A stretch of DNA of 37,659 nt from Chitinophagaceae bacterium (lineage in GTDB: Bacteria > Bacteroidota > Bacteroidia > Chitinophagales > Chitinophagaceae): contig JBBJOD010000001.1 in the NCBI GenBank assembly GCA_037721715.1, positions 1-37,659 of the forward strand, written 5' to 3'. The notes under the pieces were generated by a model. It made no database searches, was not told the DNA's origin, and worked only from the letters and a program-made list of their open reading frames with translations. How positions within the stretch are numbered: the stretch's first letter is position 1; every line of letters starts with the position of its first letter. The translations under genes and the position numbers were made by a program. Of the stretch, positions 26,923-35,787 are shown piece after piece.

Positions 26923-27264
26923 TTAACTGAACAAGTTGTCTTCGTTCTTACGATGATAGATTTTTTCTTCCATAAATTCCTGCGTTGCTAACAAGGAAGG
27001 ATTGGGCATTCTTTCGTAAGCCCGTGAAATTTCAATCTGCTCCTTGTTTTCGTGTATTTCTTCCAGGCTATCAGTATGACTTGCAAATTCCTCCAATTTA
27101 TTGTGCAATTCTTCTTTCAATGAAATATTTATCTGGTTTGCTCTTTTAGCAATAATTGCAATTGATTCATAAAGATTACCGGTTTTGTTTTTGATATCGG
27201 TAAGATTTTTGGTCTCAGCGGTATTGCTGGTATTGGAACTAAGTTGCCTTCTTAATTTGCTCAT
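26923..27264 (-). CDS. rpoZ: DNA-directed RNA polymerase subunit omega
   Basis: Core motif NLYESIAIIAKRANQI, located between bamD and coaBC. It overlaps the bamD 3' end by 26 nt. Confidence 0.8.
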   Translation of the reverse strand: MSKLRRQLSSNTSNTAETKNLTDIKNKTGNLYESIAIIAKRANQINISLKEELHNKLEEFASHTDSLEEIHENKEQIEISRAYERMPNPSLLATQEFMEEKIYHRKNEDNLFS

Positions 27265-28054
27265 TCTTTAACGCTTTAATATTATTTTGAGATGAATTGA
27301 GAAATCTTACTATTTCCTTCTGCAAGGTACTGCTTGCAAAACGGTCATTAAAATCGTTGCATTCAGTAATTACCTGTTGGTAACGTTCCTCTTTTCTTTC
27401 GTCCACACTTAAAGTGGCAAATTCGAAATACGACCGTATCACCTGAAACTTATATGCATCGCTTTTCTCAGATTCGGGAAAATTATTCATTAAGTTAGTG
27501 AAAGCAATAGCGGACGCCCTGTATTGTCCAACATTAAAATACATTTCAGCATTTTTTGCTTCTTTTGCTTCAAGCTTTACTCGGCCCCTATCAATAATCC
27601 CCGTAGCTTCTTTTATTCTAGCTGAGCCCGGGTGTGAATTAATGAAAATTTGCATCAGTCCGATTGTTTTATGAGTATTCGTCTGATCCAATTCTATCTT
27701 AGGTGATTGTTTATAATAACAAAAAGCACGCATGTAATCCATTTCTTCTGCCTTCGCACTTGATGGAAAAACTTCGACAAAGCCTTTGAAAAGATTTTCC
27801 GCGTTCATATAATCACGTTGATAATACGCGCAATATGCATACTTATAATATACATCTTCAAACTTTTCCGTTCCTTTGAAAACTGGAAAAAGCTCTTCAT
27901 ATAACTGCTGGGCGTAATTGTACTTCTTCTTCGAATAGTACTCGTTGGCCATCTTTAATTTGTATTCGTAGTCAGTACTTTTCTGAACTTTTGCAAATTT
28001 AGAACAGGAACAAAGAACGACGGATACTAAAAGGAAGATTGATAAAATTCTCAT
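27239..28054 (-). CDS. bamD: outer membrane protein assembly factor BamD (TPR lipoprotein)
   Basis: Lipoprotein signal (VVLCSCS) and YfiO/TPR-like repeats rich in Y/F/A, in conserved synteny with rpoZ. Confidence 0.8.
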   Translation of the reverse strand: MRILSIFLLVSVVLCSCSKFAKVQKSTDYEYKLKMANEYYSKKKYNYAQQLYEELFPVFKGTEKFEDVYYKYAYCAYYQRDYMNAENLFKGFVEVFPSSAKAEEMDYMRAFCYYKQSPKIELDQTNTHKTIGLMQIFINSHPGSARIKEATGIIDRGRVKLEAKEAKNAEMYFNVGQYRASAIAFTNLMNNFPESEKSDAYKFQVIRSYFEFATLSVDERKEERYQQVITECNDFNDRFASSTLQKEIVRFLNSSQNNIKALKNEQIKKAT

Positions 28055-28177
28055 AAAGACCTGTAAAGTTAACTGATTTGAGCAAATATGGTAGTAAATT
28101 ATTTGCTAGCCAAATTTGCATAGTTAAGGATTTTACAAAGCACGTAATACGATTTTTAAAATTTTATGCATAAATGT

Positions 28178-28199
28178 AAAAACCCTCCATGAAGGAGGG
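28178..28199 (-). terminator. intrinsic terminator after the OmpA-family gene
   Basis: On the minus strand: CCCTCC-TTCAT-GGAGGG followed by T5. It lies about 30 nt past the stop codon. Confidence 0.6.
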
Positions 28200-28227
28200 C
28201 TTTACTTTCTATGAAATTATTTATAAA

Positions 28228-29874
28228 TTATCTCCTTCTCAAGTTAGGACTTGGAGCAGGTGCAGAATTTGGAGTTTCATCGGCAAGAGCTTCTCTAAGA
28301 TCTACCGTGTTTACGTCTCCATTTGCTTCACCGTACCTGAAGATGAACCTGTCAGTACTGATACCTTCTTTTTCAACAAGGTGATTGATTACTGCATTCA
28401 CACGATCCCAACTAGTCTGCTGTGCAGCTTTGCTTGATTCGCCATAACCAACCACTGCAATTTTACAGTTTGGATTATTACGAAGAGATTCAGCAACTGT
28501 AGCAAGAACTGCTTTGGCATCATTGCTTAGTGCAACTGTACGACCTCTGAAAGAAACACTTGGAAGATTTCCCATGTTACAATTTCCTTTTATTCCACCA
28601 GCCTTTATTAATGAATCAAGTGTTGCGCAGCAAGCAGGCTCTGGACATTTACCAACACCATCTGCATCTACAGGCTGGCATTGCGTAGGAGTAACCAGTT
28701 CCTTGTCTTTGTAATCAGGAACACCATCACCGTCGGTATCGCGGCTTACACCATGAGAATCAACCGGGGCACTTGTTGGTGTATTGGGTTCAAGATCAAA
28801 TTGATCAGTTATGCCATCAGCGTCTGCATCATCCAAAATCGGCTTTGGAAATTTCATGTGCTTAGGAGCATTCAATTCGCTGTAAGCATAATCCAAAGGA
28901 TTCATCCACCACAATGGAGCTACGGACTTTGAACCCAAGTTGAAGTTCAAGCCAACAGATAAGTAATTATAAAAATCATTGGCTGGAGTAAGGATACGAC
29001 CACTATTGAGTCCGTATGTATTCTGCCAGCGTTGACCATCCAAAAGATCATTGAAAGCTGCAGAGAACCTATCCTCAATGGCAAGGTTAACTCTTTTTCC
29101 AAGGCGGAAAGCTATACCTGCTCCTATTGAAGCTGTTGGTGTTAGGGACTGGTTGTCACCCAAAGTTGCCTTACCTGGCTTTTCAGCATTGCTTTCATAG
29201 CTATCACCTATGTTTAAAGTGTTCTTTAGGTAATCGCGAACATCTTTTCTGTTTTCAAAACCGCCACTAGCTCCGGTTGGAACACCTGTAAAACTATAAT
29301 TGGTGTTAGAAGCATTCAACGCATCTACTTTGGTATTGAACATTGCTACACCGACTCCAGCAATAGCATAAACTACTACGTTAGACTTGGCCTTGTGAAA
29401 ATTAATATTATTCATTGAGAAGAGTGCTTCCAGTTGCAAATCCTGAACCTTTGCTTTGTAGTTGTCAAAAACAACAGCATTTGGCGTAGCACGGTACCTT
29501 TGAAATGGCTCGCTAAAGCCTGCCGTTTTAGGACTGTAGCTTAACCCTTTACCAATACCATACATATATTCAAGTCGTAAAGAAACCACATAACCCAAAG
29601 CTTTTCTTATGTGAGCACCGAAGCCCGCTGAAAGCATGGAAGGCACATCGCCTGCGATGGTAAATAAACCACCCTTTATACCGATTTCCCATTGATTCTT
29701 TGGTTTCGGGGGGAAAGGGTACGCATTGTTCCTGAATTCGTTGAACTGTGGTAAGTTTCTAGTTGAAATAAGGGAAGAATCCAAGACATCGTAGGTTGTT
29801 CCCACCTGGGAGAACGATGCCGTGGCAAAGAGGCAGAATATGCCAATTAAAAGAGAGTACTTCTTGTTTTCCAT
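28228..29874 (-). CDS. OmpA-family outer membrane protein with thrombospondin type-3 Ca-binding repeats
   Basis: Signal peptide (LFATASFSQ), a beta-barrel-like N-terminal half, TSP3 repeats (DADADGITDQFD, DTDGDGVPDYKD), and a C-terminal OmpA-like domain. Confidence 0.85.
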   Translation of the reverse strand: MENKKYSLLIGIFCLFATASFSQVGTTYDVLDSSLISTRNLPQFNEFRNNAYPFPPKPKNQWEIGIKGGLFTIAGDVPSMLSAGFGAHIRKALGYVVSLRLEYMYGIGKGLSYSPKTAGFSEPFQRYRATPNAVVFDNYKAKVQDLQLEALFSMNNINFHKAKSNVVVYAIAGVGVAMFNTKVDALNASNTNYSFTGVPTGASGGFENRKDVRDYLKNTLNIGDSYESNAEKPGKATLGDNQSLTPTASIGAGIAFRLGKRVNLAIEDRFSAAFNDLLDGQRWQNTYGLNSGRILTPANDFYNYLSVGLNFNLGSKSVAPLWWMNPLDYAYSELNAPKHMKFPKPILDDADADGITDQFDLEPNTPTSAPVDSHGVSRDTDGDGVPDYKDKELVTPTQCQPVDADGVGKCPEPACCATLDSLIKAGGIKGNCNMGNLPSVSFRGRTVALSNDAKAVLATVAESLRNNPNCKIAVVGYGESSKAAQQTSWDRVNAVINHLVEKEGISTDRFIFRYGEANGDVNTVDLREALADETPNSAPAPSPNLRRR

Positions 29875-30048
29875 GATTAAATTTTATAAACGAATAATTA
29901 AAGGTAATTCATTAAAGTGCAAAAATATCATTTGACAGGTATCTACCAAATTTATTTAAGCACAAATATGATATTAACTTCAACAAAATCAATACCAAGA
30001 CACCAATAATATGAAAACTGTTGCTTGCTAAGAATATTTATTCATCGC

Positions 30049-30056
30049 TAACTTTG
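30049..30056 (+). promoter_or_regulatory. candidate -7 box (TAACTTTG) with a -33-like TTG about 21 nt upstream, for the polyprenyl synthase gene
   Basis: Matches TAnnTTTG. TTG motifs lie at 30021..30027, and the box ends 35 nt before the ATG. Confidence 0.45.
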
Positions 30057-30091
30057 CCTTTCTAAGTGTAATTTGCTTTCCAATTTACAGA

Positions 30092-31054
30092 ATGAAAATA
30101 TCACAAGCAGTAATAAACGAAGAACTCGCTATTTTTGAATCAACGTTTCGCGAGTCAGTAAGAAGCAACGTTCTGCTTTTAGATAGGATAATGAGTTTCA
30201 TCGTAAAAAGAAAAGGAAAGCAGCTTAGGCCGATGTTTGTATTACTTACTGCAAAATTGTTCGGGCCAGTAAATGCATCTACTTACCGAGCCGCCTCCTT
30301 GGTAGAAATTCTTCATAATGCTACCCTGGTGCATGACGACGTTGTGGACGAGTCGATGGAGAGGCGGGGATTTTTTTCTACGTACGCGTTATGGAAGGCC
30401 AAGGTTTCTGTTCTGGTGGGCGATTACCTTCTTGCTAAAGGCCTTTTATTATCTCTCGATAACAGTGATTTCCGAATTCTGCAAATTCTTTCTGAAGCAG
30501 TTCGACTAATGAGCGAAGGTGAATTACTCCAGATAGAAAAATCCAGGACGTTAAACCTCCGGGAAGATATTTATTTTGAAATCATCAAAAACAAAACGGC
30601 ATCGTTGCTTGCTTCTGCATGTTCCGCCGGTGCATACTCGTCAACGCAAAATGAACAATGCGCTGTTAAAATGCGTGCTTTCGGTGAAAATGTAGGAATT
30701 GCTTTTCAAATAAAAGATGACCTATTCGATTATGGAAACGAAGACATCGGTAAGCCCACGGGAAACGATATCAAAGAAAAAAAGATTACCCTTCCTTTGA
30801 TATATACCTTAAATAAGGTAGATGCATCCACGAAAAGAAAATTGATCTACCTACTCAAAAACCGGAACAGGGATAAAGAAAAAGTAAAGGAAGTAATAGC
30901 TGAAGTGGTTAAGGCCGGCGGTATCCAGTATGCTACAGCTAAGATGCTTGATTATAGGGACGAGGCATTGAAGATTCTTTATGAATTTCCAGATAACCAG
31001 GTACGCCAGGGACTAGAAGAACTTGTCAGGTTTACCACCGACCGGAAGTATTAA
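30092..31054 (+). CDS. polyprenyl diphosphate synthase (trans-IPPS, IspB-like)
   Basis: First aspartate-rich motif LVHDDVVDESMERRG and second motif FQIKDDLFDY, in a 320-aa protein. Confidence 0.9.
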   Translation: MKISQAVINEELAIFESTFRESVRSNVLLLDRIMSFIVKRKGKQLRPMFVLLTAKLFGPVNASTYRAASLVEILHNATLVHDDVVDESMERRGFFSTYALWKAKVSVLVGDYLLAKGLLLSLDNSDFRILQILSEAVRLMSEGELLQIEKSRTLNLREDIYFEIIKNKTASLLASACSAGAYSSTQNEQCAVKMRAFGENVGIAFQIKDDLFDYGNEDIGKPTGNDIKEKKITLPLIYTLNKVDASTKRKLIYLLKNRNRDKEKVKEVIAEVVKAGGIQYATAKMLDYRDEALKILYEFPDNQVRQGLEELVRFTTDRKY

Positions 31055-31246
31055 CAGCCATCTGCGATCGGCTATCAGTTTCCTACTCTCAATATCTTCT
31101 TTGTATTTATGGTTTGTAATTTTCGAGACAACCAACAGCTATTGACTAATAGCTGACTGCCGATAACCGGAATCCGGTATTTCTTATCAAATGTCAACTG
31201 TTTGTCAATAAATTTTAACTTCATTTGTAGCGACACCGGATAACGA

Positions 31247-32953
31247 ATGGAAAGAAGATGGAACATATTGCAGGCAGATCATGATAAAGTAAGTGCTTTA
31301 CAAACCGAATTAAAGATCGATCCTGTTATTTGCAAAATGCTCGTGTCTCGGGGTATTTTTACCTTCGAAGAGGCACGCCTTTTTTTTCGACCCGACCTTT
31401 CTATGTTACACAGCCCCTGGCTGATGAAAGATATGAACAAAGGCGTTGACCGTATTTTACAAGCTATCAACAGGAATGAAAAAATCCTGGTTTTTGGAGA
31501 TTACGACGTAGATGGAACTACCTCCGTAGCTTTAATGTACCAGTTTCTTGAGAAAATTTACAACAGCGCTTATTTAGACTTTTATGTCCCTCACCGTTAT
31601 ACCGAAGGGTATGGCATAAGTAAAAAAGGAATTGATCAGGCTTATCACAATGACTTTACCCTTATCATTTCCTTAGACTGCGGCATTAAATCATTAGAAT
31701 TGGTCAGCTATGCCAAAACGTTAGGTATCGATTTTATCATTTGCGACCATCATATGCCCGGTACGGAACTGCCAGACGCTGTTGCCATTCTCAATCCAAA
31801 GCAGGAAGATTGTGCCTACCCTTACAAAGACCTATGTGGTTGCGGTGTGGGTTTCAAACTGGTAACAGCACTGGCAGAACGTCTCGAACTGTCTAAACAG
31901 GATGTAGAAGGTTACCTCGACCTGGTAGCTGTAGCCATCGCTGCAGACATAGTGTCAATTACTGGTGAAAACCGTGTTATGGCTTACTATGGTCTGAAAA
32001 AGATCAATGAAAATCCCTGCATGGGCATTAAGGCCCTTATTCACTTAAGTGGCTTTCAAAAAAAAATTCACATAACAAACGTAGTCTTTATCATAGCCCC
32101 TAGAGTGAATGCGGCAGGGCGGATGGACGATGCAACGAAGGCCGTTCGCATGTTTATTGAAAAAGACTTCGACAGGGCCCTGGTCTTTGCACACATGCTG
32201 CATTCTGATAACACAGACAGGAAGGAAGCTGATTCAATAATTACCGAAGAAGCATTGGCTCTAATCGAATTAGATCATTCATTGTCAACGCGCAAATCCA
32301 CCGTTGTTTTCAAACCACACTGGCACAAAGGTGTTGTTGGTATTGTAGCTTCGAGGTTGATAGAAAAGTACTACCGGCCAACAATTGTATTAACAAAAAG
32401 TGGTGAACTTATTGCCGGAAGCGCCCGTAGTGTACAGGGATTCAATTTATATGAAGCCATTCATGCCTGCAGGGAACACCTTGTGGGATATGGCGGCCAT
32501 TTTGCTGCTGCTGGCATGACGTTGTTGCCAGACCAGGTGGAAGCGTTCATCACCAAATTTGAAGAAGTGGTTTCTTCAACTATTCTTCCGGAACTGCTGG
32601 TGCGTCAAACAACCATCGAAGCAGTAGTAAAATTTAAAGATCTTACCACTTCGCTTTACAGAATCATATGCCAGATGGAGCCATTTGGACCTGGTAATAT
32701 GAGGCCGGTACTTGTTGCAAGAAAAGTAGTTGATAGCGGATTTTCAAAGATGTTAAAGGAACAACATATCAAATTCTCCCTTTTGCAGGATGATGTTATT
32801 TTTAACGGGATCGGATTTAATATGGCGGAAAAATTTTTCATGCTCCAGGCAAAAATGCCGCTTGATATTGTATTTACATTAGATGAAAATGAATGGAACA
32901 ACCAAAAGCAATTGCAGCTTACCATAATTGACTTTCGTATTTCAGCACCGTGA
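31247..32953 (+). CDS. recJ: single-stranded-DNA-specific exonuclease RecJ
   Basis: DHH motifs (GDYDVDGTTS, SLDCG, ICDHH) and the DHHA1 motif GGHFAAAG. Confidence 0.92.
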   Translation: MERRWNILQADHDKVSALQTELKIDPVICKMLVSRGIFTFEEARLFFRPDLSMLHSPWLMKDMNKGVDRILQAINRNEKILVFGDYDVDGTTSVALMYQFLEKIYNSAYLDFYVPHRYTEGYGISKKGIDQAYHNDFTLIISLDCGIKSLELVSYAKTLGIDFIICDHHMPGTELPDAVAILNPKQEDCAYPYKDLCGCGVGFKLVTALAERLELSKQDVEGYLDLVAVAIAADIVSITGENRVMAYYGLKKINENPCMGIKALIHLSGFQKKIHITNVVFIIAPRVNAAGRMDDATKAVRMFIEKDFDRALVFAHMLHSDNTDRKEADSIITEEALALIELDHSLSTRKSTVVFKPHWHKGVVGIVASRLIEKYYRPTIVLTKSGELIAGSARSVQGFNLYEAIHACREHLVGYGGHFAAAGMTLLPDQVEAFITKFEEVVSSTILPELLVRQTTIEAVVKFKDLTTSLYRIICQMEPFGPGNMRPVLVARKVVDSGFSKMLKEQHIKFSLLQDDVIFNGIGFNMAEKFFMLQAKMPLDIVFTLDENEWNNQKQLQLTIIDFRISAP

Positions 32954-33618
32954 AATTTCTATATTATATCAGGTATTTTGTGTACATCGCATGGAACTGG
33001 AACTTGCGGCTGGCTTTATTTTCAATTTTTCATGAAATTCGCGGTGAAAATAAATACCACCTTAACACGGTGAGGTTAAACGACCTGCAAAAGCTGGACG
33101 TGTCGGGCAAGAACAGGCAATCCGCAGAAGTATACCAGGCTGCCAATTACTTTCTACTAGAGAACATTTTTGAGATGCTGCAGCAGCTAAATGTGCCAGA
33201 CGGATTTGTTGATATAGGATGCGGCAAAGGTAGAGCGCTGGTGGTAGCTGCTTACTATGGATTTAACCACATTACCGGCGTTGACTTCGCCAAGGACTTG
33301 TGCAAGGAGGCTATCATGAATTGTAAACAACTTACATTGAAATATCCTTCGGTTTCATGCCACGTTGTTCATGCAGATGCGGCTGATTTCACGATAGAAA
33401 GCCAAATACATGTATTGTTCTTCTTCAATCCGTTCAAAGAACCGGTAATGAAGCGGGTGATCAGGAACATACTGGCAAGTGTTAAAGAACATCCCCGGAA
33501 GATATGGGTAGTATATATTAATCCGCAACATAAACACCTGTTTTTGGAAAGAGGATTCCGGCAGATTTATTATTTAAGAAAAATGCGATTCGTGGAAGCG
33601 GTTATATTTGAGAAATGA
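32950..33618 (+). CDS. class I SAM-dependent methyltransferase
   Basis: Motif I VDIGCGKGRAL and an acidic post-I residue (TGVDF). The GTG start overlaps the recJ stop (GTGA). Confidence 0.7.
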   Translation: MKFLYYIRYFVYIAWNWNLRLALFSIFHEIRGENKYHLNTVRLNDLQKLDVSGKNRQSAEVYQAANYFLLENIFEMLQQLNVPDGFVDIGCGKGRALVVAAYYGFNHITGVDFAKDLCKEAIMNCKQLTLKYPSVSCHVVHADAADFTIESQIHVLFFFNPFKEPVMKRVIRNILASVKEHPRKIWVVYINPQHKHLFLERGFRQIYYLRKMRFVEAVIFEK

Positions 33619-33685
33619 AAACCTTGCAGGTCACATGCAATGGCAGGTATACAAAAAGAAAATGACCTCCAGGTTGTTAGTGAAA

Positions 33686-33730
33686 GCACATAAACCTGCC
33701 AGGTTTATGAAACCTAACAGGTTTATGTGC
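33686..33730. terminator. palindromic element between the convergent methyltransferase and htpG genes (possible bidirectional terminator)
   Basis: GCACATAAACCTG (33686..33698) pairs with CAGGTTTATGTGC (33718..33730). An internal second copy of CAGGTTTATG allows an alternative fold. Confidence 0.4.
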
Positions 33731-33735
33731 CATGA

Positions 33736-35595
33736 TTAACCGAGGATGATAGCGCTTTTCTTTTCTCCACCCATCAATTCAACACTCCTTGTTATAAATG
33801 TAGTAAGATCATTTCCTTTCAAAAGTCCCTGTGACAGCAAGGCAAGGTCGGCCAGGTTGCGAACTTGTTTTTCCTGCCTGGCAGAATCGTTCTCAGATAG
33901 TATCTTCTGGTAAATGTCGTGATTGCCATTAACCGTCAGGGTCACTTCATCTGGCATATTAGCATAAAAGCTGCCCATCGGGCCACTTACAGCAGCCATG
34001 TCTTTCATACGCCGCATGAACTCCGGGCGTGTGGCTACAACAGGGGGCGTCTCGGCACTCAAACCTTTTACCTCTACAGTAACATGCAATTCCGGGATTT
34101 GAATACCAAACAAATCCTTTAGCCTGGCTTCGTCGTCCTTGCTTAACACACTATCTGTAGCCTCCTGTTTATCGATTAAATTGTCGGCAATATCAGAGTC
34201 AACCCTGATAAAATGAACATTTTCCCATTTTGCTTCCATCTGGTTAAGAAAGGCCGCATCAACGAGTGTTTCTGCCTTCACTACCTTATAATTTTTACCG
34301 GCGGCAGCCTGTATATATGCATCCTGCTGTACCGGGTTGGTGGTATAGAGTATAACCAATTTACCTTCTTTGTTCTTTTGAAGCGTCTCGGTTTCGTTTC
34401 TATACTCATCGAGTGTATAGAATGCGGCCTTTTCATCAGTCAGTTTAACCTCCTCAAAAATGTGAAATTTATTGGCTTTGTCCAGAAACTTATCATCGGT
34501 CATCATTCCATACTTAACAAACAAACCCAGGCTCTCCCATTTTTCTTCATAAGCAGTACGATCCTTGTTAAAAAGTTCTTCTAACTTATCGGCCACTTTC
34601 TTTGTTATATGAGAATTTATTTTTTTTACATTGGGATCTCCCTGTAAATAGCTTCTCGAAACATTCAAAGGAATATCCGGAGAATCAATCACCCCATGAA
34701 GCAACATCAGGAATTCCGGTACAATATCTTTCACTTCATCCGTAACGAAAACCTGGTTACTGTACAACTGAATCTTGTCTTTTTGGATTTCGTAGCTTTG
34801 CTTGATTTTGGGAAAATACAATATGCCCGTTAGATTGAAAGGGTAATCCACATTCAAATGAATCCAAAATAAGGGCGCATCACCATATGGATAAAGTTCC
34901 TTATAAAAATTTTGATAGTCCTCGATAGTTAGTTCAGATGGCTTTTTCGTCCAGGCGGGAGTAGGATTGTTGATCTGCTTGCCGTCAAAAAAAATAGGGA
35001 CGGGTAAAAACTTACAAAATTTTTCAAGAATGTTTTTAATCCTTTCCTCCTCAAGAAATTCCTTGCTCTCTTCATTCACATACATTATGATATCCGTACC
35101 CCGCTGCTCCTTTTCTGTTTCCCCGAGCGTATACTCCGGACTTCCGTCACATTCCCACTTAATTGCTTTTGCATCTTCCTTATAGCTTTTAGTTACAATC
35201 TCCACTTTATCACTCACCATGAAAGAGCTGTAAAAACCCAGGCCAAAATGCCCAATGATGTTGTTCTCATTTTGCCCCTTGTATTTGTCGAGGAATTCCT
35301 CTGCACTGCTGAAGGCCACCTGGTTAATGTATTTATCCACTTCTTCGGCGCTCATACCAATACCCTTATCGGAGATGGTAAGTGTTTTCATCTCTTTATC
35401 CAGCCTCACTTCGATCGTTAATTCGCCCAGTTCCCCTTTCGCTTCTCCAATAGAGGATAGTGTTCTCAGTTTCTGGGTAGCATCTACAGCATTACTTACC
35501 AATTCCCGAATAAAAATTTCATGATCGCTGTATAAAAATTTCTTGATGATAGGGAATATATTCTCTGTTTGAACACGGATATTACCGGTAGCCAT
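33736..35595 (-). CDS. htpG: molecular chaperone HtpG (Hsp90)
   Basis: 619 aa with GHKL ATPase motifs (RELVSNAVDA, GHFGLGFYS) and typical HtpG length. Confidence 0.95.
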   Translation of the reverse strand: MATGNIRVQTENIFPIIKKFLYSDHEIFIRELVSNAVDATQKLRTLSSIGEAKGELGELTIEVRLDKEMKTLTISDKGIGMSAEEVDKYINQVAFSSAEEFLDKYKGQNENNIIGHFGLGFYSSFMVSDKVEIVTKSYKEDAKAIKWECDGSPEYTLGETEKEQRGTDIIMYVNEESKEFLEEERIKNILEKFCKFLPVPIFFDGKQINNPTPAWTKKPSELTIEDYQNFYKELYPYGDAPLFWIHLNVDYPFNLTGILYFPKIKQSYEIQKDKIQLYSNQVFVTDEVKDIVPEFLMLLHGVIDSPDIPLNVSRSYLQGDPNVKKINSHITKKVADKLEELFNKDRTAYEEKWESLGLFVKYGMMTDDKFLDKANKFHIFEEVKLTDEKAAFYTLDEYRNETETLQKNKEGKLVILYTTNPVQQDAYIQAAAGKNYKVVKAETLVDAAFLNQMEAKWENVHFIRVDSDIADNLIDKQEATDSVLSKDDEARLKDLFGIQIPELHVTVEVKGLSAETPPVVATRPEFMRRMKDMAAVSGPMGSFYANMPDEVTLTVNGNHDIYQKILSENDSARQEKQVRNLADLALLSQGLLKGNDLTTFITRSVELMGGEKKSAIILG

Positions 35596-35787
35596 AATTT
35601 GTTATTTTAAAAGTTTCGGAGCAATTGTTGGCAGTTGCCAAACAAATGAAATGCCAGATGAAATCAACAGTCATAATACGGAAAAATTGACAGGAAATGG
35701 TCGATATTATATTTTTCAGATAAACCGGATAGGTATTTCAGTCATATCAGCAGTTATAGCACTACACTTTCTCACTTATACGATTTG

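Noticed and set aside
28081-28107. 8-bp inverted repeat AGCAAATA-N11-TATTTGCT upstream of bamD
   Set aside because: It is short, AT-rich and easily produced by chance in AT-rich spacer, with no supporting context.
31136-31187. Two small hairpins (CAGCTATT-GACT-AATAGCTG at 31136..31155, and ACCGG-AAT-CCGGT at 31166..31178 followed by ATTTCTT) after the polyprenyl synthase gene
   Set aside because: They are plausibly a weak terminator. However, the first lacks a U-tract and the second has only a 5-bp stem with a 3-nt loop. This is not strong enough to list as a feature.
33635-33739. 34-codon + strand sORF (MQWQVYKKKMTSRLLVKAHKPARFMKPNRFMCHD) across the palindrome array
   Set aside because: Its repeated KP.RFM simply reflects the DNA direct repeat. 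It also overlaps the htpG stop codon, so RNA/DNA structure is the more economical explanation.
35620-35650. Possible sigma-54 promoter (TGGCA ... TTGC) at the htpG upstream palindrome
   Set aside because: The spacing between the GG and GC elements does not fit TGGCAC-N5-TTGC on either strand.
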